From contig NC_042997.1 of NCBI RefSeq assembly GCF_006345805.1, positions 63,860,001-63,924,000 of the forward strand: DNA of 64,000 nucleotides, in the 5' to 3' direction. Position numbers and translations under genes: made by a program. The first letter of the stretch is position 1; each line of letters starts with the position of its first letter. Source of the stretch: Octopus sinensis (Eukaryota). This document shows, piece by piece, positions 1-35,618 of this stretch. A model generated the notes under the pieces. It was not told where the DNA came from. It did not search any database and saw nothing but the letters and a program-made list of their open reading frames with translations.

Positions 1-130
1 GATTGAAACGCTAGCACCGATTTTCAGGCGGTGGTGGGAGAGACAAATAATTGCTTGTCATGAACTTTTTTGAGAGGTGCAACACGAAAGAATCTTTTTG
101 GCTATCTGTTGCTTTGTTTCCGAAATATTC

Positions 131-519
131 TTTACGTTTTTCAGTCATTAGACCACGGCCATTCTGGGGCACCTCCTTGAAGAATATTTAGTCGAATGCA
201 TCGACCACAGTAGATATCTTTTTCGTAACCCTGTTACTTATTCTATCGTTCTCTTTTGCCGTACCACTTATTTACAGGGGCGTAAACACACCGGAACCGA
301 TTGCCACTTTAGGGGCAAACACAGACACTAAGAAACACACAAACATACACATACATATTTATACATATATACGAAGGGCTTCTTTCAGTTTCCACCTTCC
401 AAATCCACTTAGAAGGTTTTGGTCGGCCAGAGGCGAAAGTAGGAGACATTTACAGAAGGTGCCACGCAGTGGACTGAACTCGGAACCATGTGGACAGACA
501 GCAAGCTTCTCACCACACA
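131..519 (-). mobile_element. tRNA-derived SINE family A, diverged copy
   Basis: Collinear with the better-preserved copies at 31561-32029 and 52511-52899 (cagtcatt...ctttcagtttcc...ggaaccatgtgg...accacaca). Confidence 0.8.
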
Positions 520-544
520 ACAACTGGGTCACTTCCTTAAATAG

Positions 545-868
545 TTTTTAGCCGAATGATTCAACCACAATACTTTTTTGATAGGTCCCTTTCACCAAAC
601 CGCCAAGTTATGGGGACATAGACACACTAACACTGTTTCTCAAGCGGTGGTGGGAGTGACAAACACACACACAGACGCACACATACACACACATATATCT
701 ATGTATATACGACGGTCTTCTTTAGGTTTCCCTCTACGAAATTAACTCACAAGTCTTTGGTCGGCCCGAAGCTATAGCACAAATCACCTGCCCAAGACGC
801 CACCCAGTGGAACTGAACTCCGAACCATGTGATTGGGAAGTAAGCTTCTTTCCAGAGAGTCATGCCTG
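545..868 (-). mobile_element. SINE family A, diverged copy adjacent to the previous one
   Basis: Same module order, ending ccgaaccatgtgattgggaagtaagcttc. Confidence 0.75.
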
Positions 869-1239
869 TAATTCATAATTATAATTTAACTCTATTAAAC
901 CAAAATAGCCATTCAGGATGCAAAGAGCCGCAGCACTTCAAAATACAAAAGTGTCTTTTAATGTATGTACTACTTTATAAATAAAGCCTTATTTATACAT
1001 GCTAACTTTTTAGAGTCCTAACTGTTCTCTTATGATAGATATAGTAAGGATAACTCGAATTTCAAAGTTTCTAGATAGCCAAACTCCCAATTTAACCAGT
1101 TCTAAAGAATGAAAAGTGACATTGATCTCGAATCGCCAGAAGATATCTTGCAAGAACATTTTTGTTCGACTTTGTTACGATTCTGCCATTTTGTCACATT
1201 CTGACATTTCACCAGATAAAATTTAAATATTGGTCTGAA

Positions 1240-1440
1240 ACTTTGGCACAGGGCTAGCTGTTTCTAGAGATAGTCGATTTCTCTGAACCCAGTGCTTAAC
1301 GTATACTTATTTTATCGAGCTTGCAAGGGTCAAAAGCAAAGTCGAACACGGCGTAATTTAAACTCATTTCGTAAGAAGAGATGAAATGCTACTTAGCATT
1401 TTACTTGGCGTTCTAACTATCAGCCAGATCGTTGCTTTAG
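1240..1440 (-). mobile_element. SINE family B, diverged copy
   Basis: tacttattttatcgagc...aaagtcgaacacggcgtaatttaaactc...cttagcatttt matches the copy at 30248-30473. Confidence 0.7.
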
Positions 1441-3654
1441 GGAAGTAATTTAAATATTGACAATAGATAACAAAAAATCAGCAAAAATATTTTACTCTAC
1501 CCAAATTAACATATATTCTGAATCTTCCATTAGGCTAGTACATATTCCACAGTTCGGTCGTCCACAGATTTTAACTCTTGCTTCCGTTATTTTTCACTAT
1601 AGTTTTGCCTTTGTGAATATTCACTTAATGGTAATAATTGTTTCTTGCTTCTAATAATTTTATGGGTGCGTAGAATTTCATATATATATATATATGTGTG
1701 TGTACATATATTCTTTCGAAAGTATATATATATACTTTCGAAATCGTTTATATGAAGAACTACGAAAGGTGCGTTTATTTTGTGATCCGAACAATATATT
1801 CACCATCACTCAATGGACACGGCCGAAAAGTCAGTGCATGATATTTGAGAGAGAATATTATTTTATGTAGAATTTTAGTTGCTTCCCTGCCACATAAAAC
1901 TGAATTAATATGCCGTTTTATCTCTCAATTGATCTATATGTATAAAAACAAAAATCATGCTTCGGTTATTTGCAGGCTCTCGAGAGACCTAGGTGCTTCA
2001 ATTGAAATATGGGGATTGTATGGAGATTACTTATGCAATTATTACAATGGTTGCAATTAATGATGCTCTGTTTTGCAATTCGATGTTGACTTAAGTATAA
2101 GAAAATATGTTAAAGAATATTTTGAAGCAGATAAAGAAACAAATAACAAACAACATGGAAAAAGAAAGATATAACACCATATAAAAAAATAGTGTAAAAT
2201 ATGAAAAAAACGAAAGAAAAATGTATTTCACAAACTAATAAGATGAAAAACAGTAGGAAGAAAAGATTAAAACTGAAAAGAATAAAATAAGAACACTATC
2301 AATAAATTGTAATGGAAAATAGTCTGAAAGGGGAAAATTACGACGAAGGCGCTACAATGGAAAATAAAAGTACATGGCAAAAAATATCAACAAATGATAT
2401 GGCTGATATATCTGTTACGAGTGATATTGAGTGAATCGAAATATCAAGGGAGATAATTGCAATATAATGGATGAATAATAGCGGTTTGCTTTGTTCGTAT
2501 TTATGTTTGCGTGCTACATGAGTGGTGAATGACGAAAGCAACAAATAGATGTAGCAGATAGACGGGGTAAAAGTTATTAAACTAGAAAATAAGATAAATA
2601 TATGTGGCTTCTGCAGTTTTAAGAGCATAACATTTTGAGAAAGGAAAACAGATAAGCAATAGAATAGAATACAGTAAGAAACAATGGTAAGCAAACGTTG
2701 ATAATATTCTTATACTCAGTTGGGCAATATGTTCCATTGTTACTCTTCTCGTAATGACAATAGCAAAAGAAACGAATACGACTAAAATCAAAATAAAAGC
2801 AACGATAACAACAATTATGATTTTTATACGCGATAGTTGTTTATGTTTATAGCAAGGACGATTATGATGATGAGTATTGTAATGGAGACGTTGAACAAGA
2901 TGATCATATTGACGACGACGTCGACAGCAAAGACGACAATGATACTCCGACAAGACGATGACAAGGAAGATAATGCTAAAAAGAAGAAAAGAACAATGAG
3001 GGGTAGAAGGAGACAGAAGCAGCGGAGAACTTTGTTAATGATAAATGGGATTTCGGATCGAGTCGGTTACTGTGTATTTGCTTTGTGGTCTCCAGGGTTG
3101 TATTTTAGCTTCGATATTAGACTTCAGTTCAAGAGGAATCTTTTTGTCGTAGTTGAAACAATGGTCCCCAGGAGAGGAGCTGGCAGTGTTGGTTTTCTAA
3201 AAATTTGTACGACTACGATACAATACACGCCCACAGACGTGCGTCTGCGCGAATGCAGACACCTGCGACTTTGTTTTCACGGCTGCTGCATTTGATGATG
3301 ATGACGACGATTATGATAACGATAATGTTGACGGTAACCGATGACAATATAACAACAACGATGATAATTATAATGATGATGGTAGTGGTGGCAGTGGTGG
3401 TGGTAGTAATAGTCGTGGTGGTAAGTATATATGCACGCAAGTGCAGGCACGTGATCCCCTACAAACACATTCATATACAGGGAATTATATATATATTAAT
3501 TCATTTGATTATGTTGATGACATTGACAATGATACGTATTACGCCAACAATGTGCTTATATAAAAAAAACACTCATATACAAATACATACATGCACACAT
3601 ACATGCATGCATGAATGCGTATATCTATGTATGCATTCCTACACGTGCACATGC

Positions 3655-3810
3655 ATTCATACATACATACATACATTCATACATACATACATACATTCAT
3701 ACATACATACATACATACATACATACATACATACATACGTACATACATACATACATACATACATACATACATACATACATACATACATACATACATACAT
3801 ACATACATAC
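3655..3810. repeat. (TACA)n microsatellite
   Basis: Near-perfect tetranucleotide array. It explains the HTYI/YIHT ORFs. Confidence 0.97.
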
Positions 3811-4175
3811 ACACATTTCTATTGTCTGGTATAAATGAAATGCGAGCGTATAATAATAATTACTAATTCAAACGCAAGGATTGTAAAGATTATTAATTTT
3901 CTAAGAAAATATTAATGATCCCTTTCTATGAAGCCAAAGAGAATATTTCCTTATACTGTTGTTAATCAGAATAGGGAAATCTTATGTTCTTGTAACCACC
4001 ATTTTACTGTGCAGTGAATCGTTTTATACTCACAGATAAGTTGCACGCAAAAATACATACACACAAATTTATATACCCATGTACATATATACATACACAC
4101 ACATATATACACATATATATATACGTGTGACTATATGTATATGCATTTATGTATGTTATATATATATATATATAC

Positions 4176-4212
<37 letters not shown>

Positions 4213-4453
4213 TGTTCATGTATGTGTTTGCGCGTGTGTGATTGTGTGTATGCGCGTGTGTGTTTATGGTGCATGTGTGTGTATGTGCGTGTACGTGTGT
4301 GTGAATAAAACAATGTCAATGAGGGACTAAAAGAAATCGTACAAATACAGAAACCAGCAAATATGTACGTTTATCAAACAAAAATGTTTTCGTAATTAAA
4401 TCAAATTTTCTTTTTTGCTATATAATTTAATTTTTCATTTATTTCAGCAAACA

Positions 4454-27032
<22,579 letters not shown>

Positions 27033-27293
27033 ATGCTCGGCAATCGGAAACGTTTCAGCCAGGAAGACACAGCCCCTCTCCTCATCGCAATGACGTTATC
27101 GTCTATCTTTCACCAATGGTCTGATCTCCATTTACTCTCAGGCTACAAAAAGTCATTCATTGACTCTTTCTCTCTCTCGACCTTCCTACCTCTCTAGCTC
27201 TTTTCCTATCTCTCTATCTAAATCTATCTCTCCCTCTCTATGCGTATCGATATACACTATATATATATATATATATATATACATATATACACA

Positions 27294-27333
<40 letters not shown>

Positions 27334-28136
27334 TACACACGCATATATATATATATGTGTTGGGCAAACAATACTTTTTTCAACCTCCTCTACTCTCTAA
27401 TATATTACTACCTCTTCCATTTCTCTCTCATACTATGTCACAATGTCAAACACTTCTCTCACGAACTCTCTCATGCGTGCATACAGACACACATTCACAC
27501 ATATACATATGCTCCTCTATAAAAACACATAGACACACAAAAACACCCGCAGACATACACTATATACCTCTTTCCGCTCTGTTTTCTTTCTTTTCGACGT
27601 TTCAACTATGTTACTGTTAACCTATTTCTCTTTTCCTTCGTACATTTTTTCAGTATTTCTCCAATACTTTCACTCTCTCTTTAACCTTGAAAAACTGCCC
27701 TCGTTCTTCATTATTTCTTAGCTTTTCTCTCGATGACTCAATTCTTTTCAAAACGTATCTTTCTACATGGTTACCATTTAACATTTGGTGTACTCTGTTG
27801 TAACATAGTTTAACTTTAATCGCCGCTTCTTCAATGCCTGAGCGTTACAACCAGATATATTTTCGGTGCTCCCGGAAATTAAACACAACTTTCTATTCTC
27901 CTTTTCTCTTTCTCTCTATTTTTTCTGGAATAAACATATTGAAGAGAAAAACCTAAAAAAAAAGCAACAAGTACTAAATGTTGTTGATTTTCCTAATTTT
28001 CAATGTAACTTAATAAATTTCCAACAGTACACAGACAAAGATATACACTAACGCACGGACACACATATGTATATATGTATATATATGAATGCATATTTAT
28101 ATACAAACATACATACATATATACATGTATATATAC

Positions 28137-28167
<31 letters not shown>

Positions 28168-29334
28168 TGTTTTCTACATCTGTCTACTCAATTTGTCTCA
28201 TTTGCGATAGTGTGCATTACTTTCCTTCATATTCAATATGTGGAACAAGATTAAATCAAGAAAATATTCTGAATGCTGTACAACGTCATAGACAAAAATA
28301 CTTTTATCCTAAATCTATATGAATGTTAATAAAGATGGCAAATTTAAAAGTGACGAGAAAATGTTATAATATATTCGAAAATAAAAAAAAACAATAATAT
28401 TATTTTTGTGTATTATTAATTAAGCATGATGGCTTATTGAAAGAATTTAAAAAAAAAGCAACATAGAAATCTGAAGACAGAAGAATCTATTTTAATAGAT
28501 GGCAGCCAAGTTGCAATATATATGACAATAATAATGATGATAATAATTGTCATGATGATGATAACGATGAGGGAAATAATAATAATAATGATAATAATGA
28601 CAACAACAATAATAATAATAACAATAACAATAATAATAATAATAATAATAGTGGTAATAGAAGTGAAAATAATTATCTCAAGATTAACATGTGGTCTCCC
28701 TGAAACACTTGAATATATATATATATGCATGTGCATGATCATTGTAGCTATGTAACTGTGCGTTCGTCTCTTACTTATGTACTTAACTTAGAGAAATACT
28801 CTTTTAGTTATATGGTCCATACTACAATATAGATAAGCCATGATACACAAAACTATATTCATAGCAATTATTTGCATTTATTTATCTATCTCTAGCCTCT
28901 TCTGTCCCCAATGAATATATGCAGGCATATGTATATATATATATAATATATATATACATATACATTCGTACATACATATGAGCGCATATTCCTGCGTGCA
29001 TATGTATGTGTTTTCATTCCAGAATTTCTATTTTAAATGGTGCTCATTATCTGCTCACTTTCTCACATTGTTACTCATTGCTTCTCATATCTTAAAAATT
29101 AAAATAAAATACATACAAAAATGGAAGTAATCACTAAAAGCACCACCAATAGTGAAAGATATGCAATTACTACCCCTTCGTATTAATGAAATAGTCATCT
29201 GAATTATTCGTGAAAAATTTGATTTAGCTTGCTGTAGTAGAATAATTAGAAAAGCTTGTGCATGCTGTAGTTATTGACGTAACTTAAATATTAGAACGTT
29301 TACTGGATTAAATAATTTATATTCTTTGCTTAGC

Positions 29335-29337
29335 TAC

Positions 29338-29382
<45 letters not shown>

Positions 29383-29390
29383 TATTATTA

Positions 29391-29456
<66 letters not shown>

Positions 29457-29474
29457 ATTTATTAGTTATTATCA

Positions 29475-29542
<68 letters not shown>

Positions 29543-29555
29543 ATTATTATTATCA
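29335..29555. repeat. (ATT)n microsatellite
   Basis: Long near-perfect array. Confidence 0.97.
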
Positions 29556-30247
29556 TCCTCGCTAATGTTGTTATAATGCTATTACCAATACTTTTATTCG
29601 TGCTGTTATAGCCTTTTCTTAATATTTCTATTAATGTTGTTTTCATGTTATGATTAAAGTTGTACAAAAGCTTATACAGTATTGCCTGATGTAGTTCTAA
29701 GTTCTAAGTTTTAAATTATATGAACTGAAGCTTGCTATGTCCAAAATGTGTGTATATGTCAATAACGAATCTAAAGGTGAATGACAAAATGTGAGTGAAT
29801 CTTAAAAAATTTTACAAATATTTTACAAATTTAGTCAAAGAAGAAAGCCTAAAACCAATTACATATGTCTGCCTCCTAAAGTGGGAAAACTCGCCGTCGC
29901 TCATTTTATTTGAAACGAGTTGAAAATCTGTTTACTACGTTACTTGGGATGTGACAAGCGGGATAGAAAATGATATGTCAGGAGAATCGCGATTAAACGT
30001 GATTCATAGGGACTCATTGAGGGTAAAACTTTTATCTGAAGAATTGGGGTGACAAGCTTACAAAATAGACAGCATTTCTGTGATATAGAAGATGGAGAAT
30101 GTTGGGTGGGAATAATTGTGAATGACATAGCTTTCCTTCAAATACCGGTCGGATGATCATCTGTTACAGTAGTTCTATTCCAGATATAGAGACTGCAAAT
30201 CAACATGGATCATGCTTAAGAAACCTAATGAAGCATCTATGTCTTCT

Positions 30248-30473
30248 TTCTTTATTGCCCACAAGGAGCTAAACATAGAGGGGACAAACAAAGACAGACA
30301 ATGGGATTAAGTCGATTACATCTATCCCAGTTCGTAACTGGTACTTATTTAATCGATCCCGAAAGGATGGAAGGCCAAGTCTCGGCGGAATTTGAAGTCT
30401 GGACGTAGCGGCAGACGAAATACCGCTAAGCATTTCGCCCGGCGTGCTAACGTCTCTGCCAGCTCGCCGCCTT
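30248..30473 (-). mobile_element. SINE family B, well preserved, with a 14-bp target-site duplication
   Basis: Head aaggcggcgagctggcaga...gcttagcggtatttcg on the minus strand. Flanked by the direct repeat catctatgtcttct at 30234-30247 and 30479-30492. Confidence 0.9.
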
Positions 30474-31447
30474 CTGACCATCTATGTCTTCTGGCCACCA
30501 ACAGACTCTGCTTATAATAAAACTTTTTGGCAATGTTAGAAGGAGAAAGTTACTATTGGAGAAGTACAAAGCCTCTTAGCTACATAATTTTTAACAATTT
30601 GTGTGCTTTTGAATATTCAAGATTTACCTCCAAAATAGGAAGAACTCTAGGACTGTTATTTATTTGGCATATACATATACAAGAGAAAAAGAAATTGGAG
30701 ATTAGAGAGTTATTAATTGTTTATCATTAACAAGAAATTGGTCATCTTCGTTTCTTACAGCCGTTTCATTTCAATTAATACTCACTAATTTAATTCCTTG
30801 GATGAAACCATCCCTTTATGAAGTTAACATATTCTCTAATTATATATATACATATAATTATATATATATAATAAGTAGATTCTGAAAATATGTGAAAAAT
30901 GGGGTGTAAAAGTCATTTACTGGCAAGTTTCTACAAGCAAATTGAAGTCTTAAAATATAAACGTTCTCGATGTATGTATGAAAGTATGTACTTCCATGTA
31001 CATATGTGTACTGATTGTGTATGTGTCTCTGCGTGTGTTTGTGTATATTGTGTGTGTCTGTGTAAATAGAGAGATAAAGGAATGTATATGTACATATACG
31101 TAAATATGTATATATGTTCGTTGGCTATGAAAATAAGGTCGGAAAATTGTCTTGCTTATTTAGGTCTTTAAGCAGAAACACACAGCCACGACTGTCGTAC
31201 TATCTGCTGGCACTATGCCTGTCTTTTTCCCTAATGGTATGTCAACTTCAGAGATCTCTTCAAAGTACAAATTAACTTGTCAAGTAAAGCCGGTCGTAAT
31301 TGCAATTTACAAATTATGATACCCCACCTAGTGTTGTACGTAATTTTAATAAACCTAGTATCCTATTAGATGGTATTTGATATACTTGTATTTGTCTATG
31401 TTTTACAAATAACTGCAACAGAACTCTGACCATTTTTGCTATCATAC

Positions 31448-31501
<54 letters not shown>

Positions 31502-31560
31502 GTATGTGTGTATGTGTGTGTGTATGTGTGTGTGTTTGTGTGTGTGTGTGTATTACATAT

Positions 31561-31802
31561 CTCTTTTACTCTTTACTCTTTTACTTGTTCCAGTCATTTG
31601 ACTGCGGTCATGCTGGAGCACCGCCTTTAATCTAGCAACTCGACCCCGGGACTTATTCTTTGTAAGCCCAGTACTTATTCTATCGGTCTCTTTCGCCGAA
31701 CCGCTAGGTGACGGGGACATAAACACACTACTAGCATTGGTTGTCAAGCAATGCTAGGGGGACAAACACAGACACACAAACATACACGCACACACACATA
31801 TA

Positions 31803-31863
<61 letters not shown>

Positions 31864-32029
31864 TACGACGGGCTTCTTTCAGTTTCAGCCTACCAAATCC
31901 ACTCACAAGGCTTTGGTCAGCCCGTAGCTATAGTAGAAGACACTCGCCCAAGGTGCCACGCAGTGGGACTGAACCCGGAACCATGTGGCTGGTAAGCAAG
32001 CTACTTACCACACAGCTACTCCTGCACCT
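31561..32029 (-). mobile_element. SINE family A, full length
   Basis: Minus-strand head aggtgcaggagtagctgtgtggtaag...ggttccgggttcagtccc (A/B boxes) and a (taaaagag)n tail. Confidence 0.92.
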
Positions 32030-32034
32030 GTTTG

Positions 32035-34120
32035 ACATGAATCTTCACAAAGCTGACTGGGTGGGGAGCAATTAATAAGGATCTGTCATTTCCTACCGTC
32101 TGGTTCTTCCTTTATAGTCTATTTTGTATTAAAACAACACGCTAGCGCTTAGAGACAATTTTCACCTACGCGTGCTCAAAACACGTACATACGAAACCCG
32201 CAAGCCCTGGTACAAATAGTCTCCCAAAGGAGAAAAATATCTCTCATCAGGAAAATCAAAAGACTCAATAAAAAATCAGCCAAAATATTACCAGCAACAG
32301 CACCCAGATAAGAAAGCTTGAATTAGAAACATATCATCTGCAGATGTGTATGAAAACCTATATCCAGATTGAAAGAGGAGCTGAGGAAAACTGGGTAATA
32401 AAAAGAAAAAAGTGTTCTATTCATATGTCAGTAAGTAAAAGACTGTTGTCTCACACGTTTGGCCACTGATAGATGATAACACCCCCCCCCCATATCGCTA
32501 AAGATATGATAGAAGTATAAGCAGAACCAATACTTCTTTGTATTTTGTGATTCCACTGATATTGATGCAAGGAATCTGAGCGAACAAAATCTCCAACATA
32601 TTGTCTCTGACATAACCTTTACTGCCTCAGGTATCATGCCAACAATAATTGAAGTCAAATGTTATCCTGCAGTAGACTCTGACAGATTCCTCGCTTGTCT
32701 CCTGAAAGAATGTACACACCTAGTTGCAACCCCTCAAACCAAGTTTAGAAAAATTATTTAGACTCTTGCTATATACCGAAACAGTTATGTTTGGAATCTC
32801 TAATCCCAGTCTTCGAAATAAGAAACATATTTCTTGCAGTTAGTTATCTCCCAATCTCACCTACCTGTGTTTTTGATGGTGATGGGAGTGAGATCAAGGA
32901 TAACTGGCTTCATGAAGGATAACAACCTTCTTAATTCCAGCCAGCATGGCTTTCGCTGCGGCAGGGATTACCTAACACAGCTTTTACATCACATCGATGA
33001 TGACCTTAAAGCGTTGGGATAAAGTTTGAACTGTGATATTACACATGTTGACTTGAGCAAAGCGTTCGACCTAGTTGACCACAATATCATCCTGTGAAAA
33101 TTGTCAAATATTGGAATCTGTGAAAAACTACTACACTGGATTAAGGTTATTCCCTGGTGAGCACAAAGCAGCATGTTATAATCGGTGGAATATTCTCAGA
33201 AAAGTCATCACTGTTGCCCCTCAAGGGACTGTTTTGGGCCTGCTTCTCCTTTTGCCCTTTATAAACGATATCTCAAGCATCAACAAACAGCGAAATAAAG
33301 ATATTCGCCAATGGCTTCAAGATCCCAAAACTTATCAATGGAGAAAGCTGTACTGAACTCCATTCTGATCTATATGCTGTAAGCCAGTGGTCAGACAAAA
33401 ATATTTCGTTTAATGAAGGAAAAGTTTTAATCATGCACTTTTAAAAATAGAATATTCTTACACAACCATACTCTCGTCTTTCTGGGAAACTTTTCACATC
33501 ATTTAATAATATAAACGTCTTGCGAGTAATTGCTGACAAAAATCTCGTCTGGAGTACTCGCATCAACAATAAAGATGAACAATCTGGCTCACAGGGTCAA
33601 CTCCTGGATTCTCACAACTTTCCTGTGTAGAGAGCAATGTCATCATTACAATTTGTCCATCATTTATACAGCTTCCCCTAGAATACCGCTGCATCATGTG
33701 GTCTTCTGTTAAGAAAGAAAAAAACATCATGAGAATGATGAAAACATACATAATTACCTTGGTTATTGGGATTGCCTTAAAATATTGATACCTTATTCTC
33801 ACCAGTGCCGTCCTGAGCGCAACATTTGCACAATGTATAGGGTATACCATTAGCATTTCCCAAACCTAGCATCAGATTCAGTATCCATCCTAGTCTAGGC
33901 TCTCGTGTCATACACTATTCAGGCTCACAATAGCGCACATAAATTCAATGCATCACAATTTTTTTTCCACGACAAGCCTTGCCTTCCTTAACATTGTCCC
34001 GAAACAAATCAAAGAATAGAAAACATCACACGAAACTTGGGTATATTTCTTCCAACGATACCAGATAAGCAACTTATACTTGAAAGATCTTAGTAAACAG
34101 CATCTTGCTTCAATAGGTCA
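32035..34120 (+). mobile_element. Decayed CR1/L2-type LINE fragment (linker plus reverse transcriptase)
   Basis: Broken ORFs give NLHKADW, KVFYSYV, SQHGFRCGR..LTQLL, DLSKAFDLVDH and PQGTVLG...FIND, with many stops and frameshifts. Confidence 0.85.
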
Positions 34121-34298
34121 TGATACCGTAAAAACCTGATTTAAAAATAACATATAATACATAAATATGTTCATATGAAAGATTATAGTAGTAATGTAGT
34201 AATTTGATAATTTGAAAGTTGGTTACCTCCTTGAAAGTGCATAAAATATGTCTATTCAGCTGCCAAATAGACTGGACACTATCCGTATAAACGATTTA

Positions 34299-34344
<46 letters not shown>

Positions 34345-34375
34345 TAATAATAATAATAATATAATAATCATATTA

Positions 34376-34523
34376 GGGAGTAAATCCAAACTTACAGGGG
34401 AAAATTAGATTTAGGATTAAATTTAATTTTATAGTATAAATATATATATATTATATTAAATTAGAGATAAAACCACTATTAGGCAAATTTGCCTAATAGT
34501 GGTTTTATCTCTAATTTAATATA
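34376..34523. repeat. Perfect 72-bp palindrome (34452-34523) at the end of an AT-rich repeat fragment, probably a Penelope-like terminus
   Basis: tatattaaattagagataaaaccactattaggcaaa|tttgcctaatagtggttttatctctaatttaatata with no spacer. The Penelope origin is an inference. Confidence 0.85.
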
Positions 34524-34527
34524 TATA

Positions 34528-34612
<85 letters not shown>

Positions 34613-35284
34613 CAAATGAAAGGGTAGAAATAATTTAATAGAATATAATGTGATATAATTGACCTTAAGTTGGACACAGAGTGTTGCTTTTAATATTTAA
34701 AGAATACAATGGGTGTATAACGCAGATGTTTGCTTAAAGAAAATTATGAACATGAATTATAATTCATGTTTATAATTTGGTATATAATTTTATACCAGAC
34801 AGAAAAATGTATGGTTTGTAAAATTTATCCCGCATATAAGATTCATACTCTTTTGTTATGCAAGGGATTAAAGGCAAAGGGGTAGAATGCATAGAAATCA
34901 ATGGTAAAGATGGTGTAAGAAAATAATATGCTAAGCCCGTAGCTACCGACAGATGTGTGATAGGTTAAAGTATATATAGATCTTTGCTGTTATGTTAATC
35001 TGTCGTATGTCCACATTTAGCCGAATGCCTGTTATTCAATATTTACTTTTGCTTGCAATAGCCGGTTCTTTTGGTCAAACTATCGTATCTCCAGCTGCTT
35101 CAGATGCCAAGATAGCCAAAATTGCCTAAATGTAATACAACGGTTTTCCTATGGAGCGGTGAAGCTATTTTTTTCGTTTTCTGGGAAAAAAGCAACGTTT
35201 TGGACTTACGACACTTTTGAATAATAGCAACGATATATATATAAACCTGGCCTTGCTCGGTATTAAAATAGCATGTTTTTTTAT

Positions 35285-35596
35285 TGTTTTACTTGTTTCA
35301 GTCAAGAGACTGCGACCATGGTGAAACGCCGCCTTTGGTCGGAATATTCGAGCACTGGATTTATTCCTTGTAAGACTAGTACTTATTATATCAGTGTCTT
35401 TTGCCGAGCCGCTAAGTTACGGGAACGTAAAGACTAACATCGGTTGTCGTTGACTGGTGGAGGTACAAACATAGACGTGCGCGCACACACATACACACAC
35501 AAACTCACACAGAAATATACACATATATACTACTGTCTCCTTTCAGTTTCCGTGTACGAAATTCCCTCACAAGCATTTAGTCGGCCTGAGGCTATA
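35285..35596 (-). mobile_element. SINE family A, lacking its 5' head
   Basis: cttgtttcagtcaag...gccgctaagttacggg...tcggcctgaggctata. It stops next to the Tc1 left end. Confidence 0.8.
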
Positions 35597-35618
35597 ATAT
35601 ATATATATGTATATATAT

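Noticed and set aside
1805-1842. cact-CAATGGA...GAAA-a-GTC-agtg hammerhead-like string
   Set aside because: Stem I pairs, but only 3/7 core bases match and stems II and III are absent.
2338-4330. Many ORFs of 60-209 aa (poly-T/I/M/V, HTYI, YI repeats)
   Set aside because: Translations of degenerate trinucleotide, (TACA)n and (TA)n arrays, with no splice or domain support.
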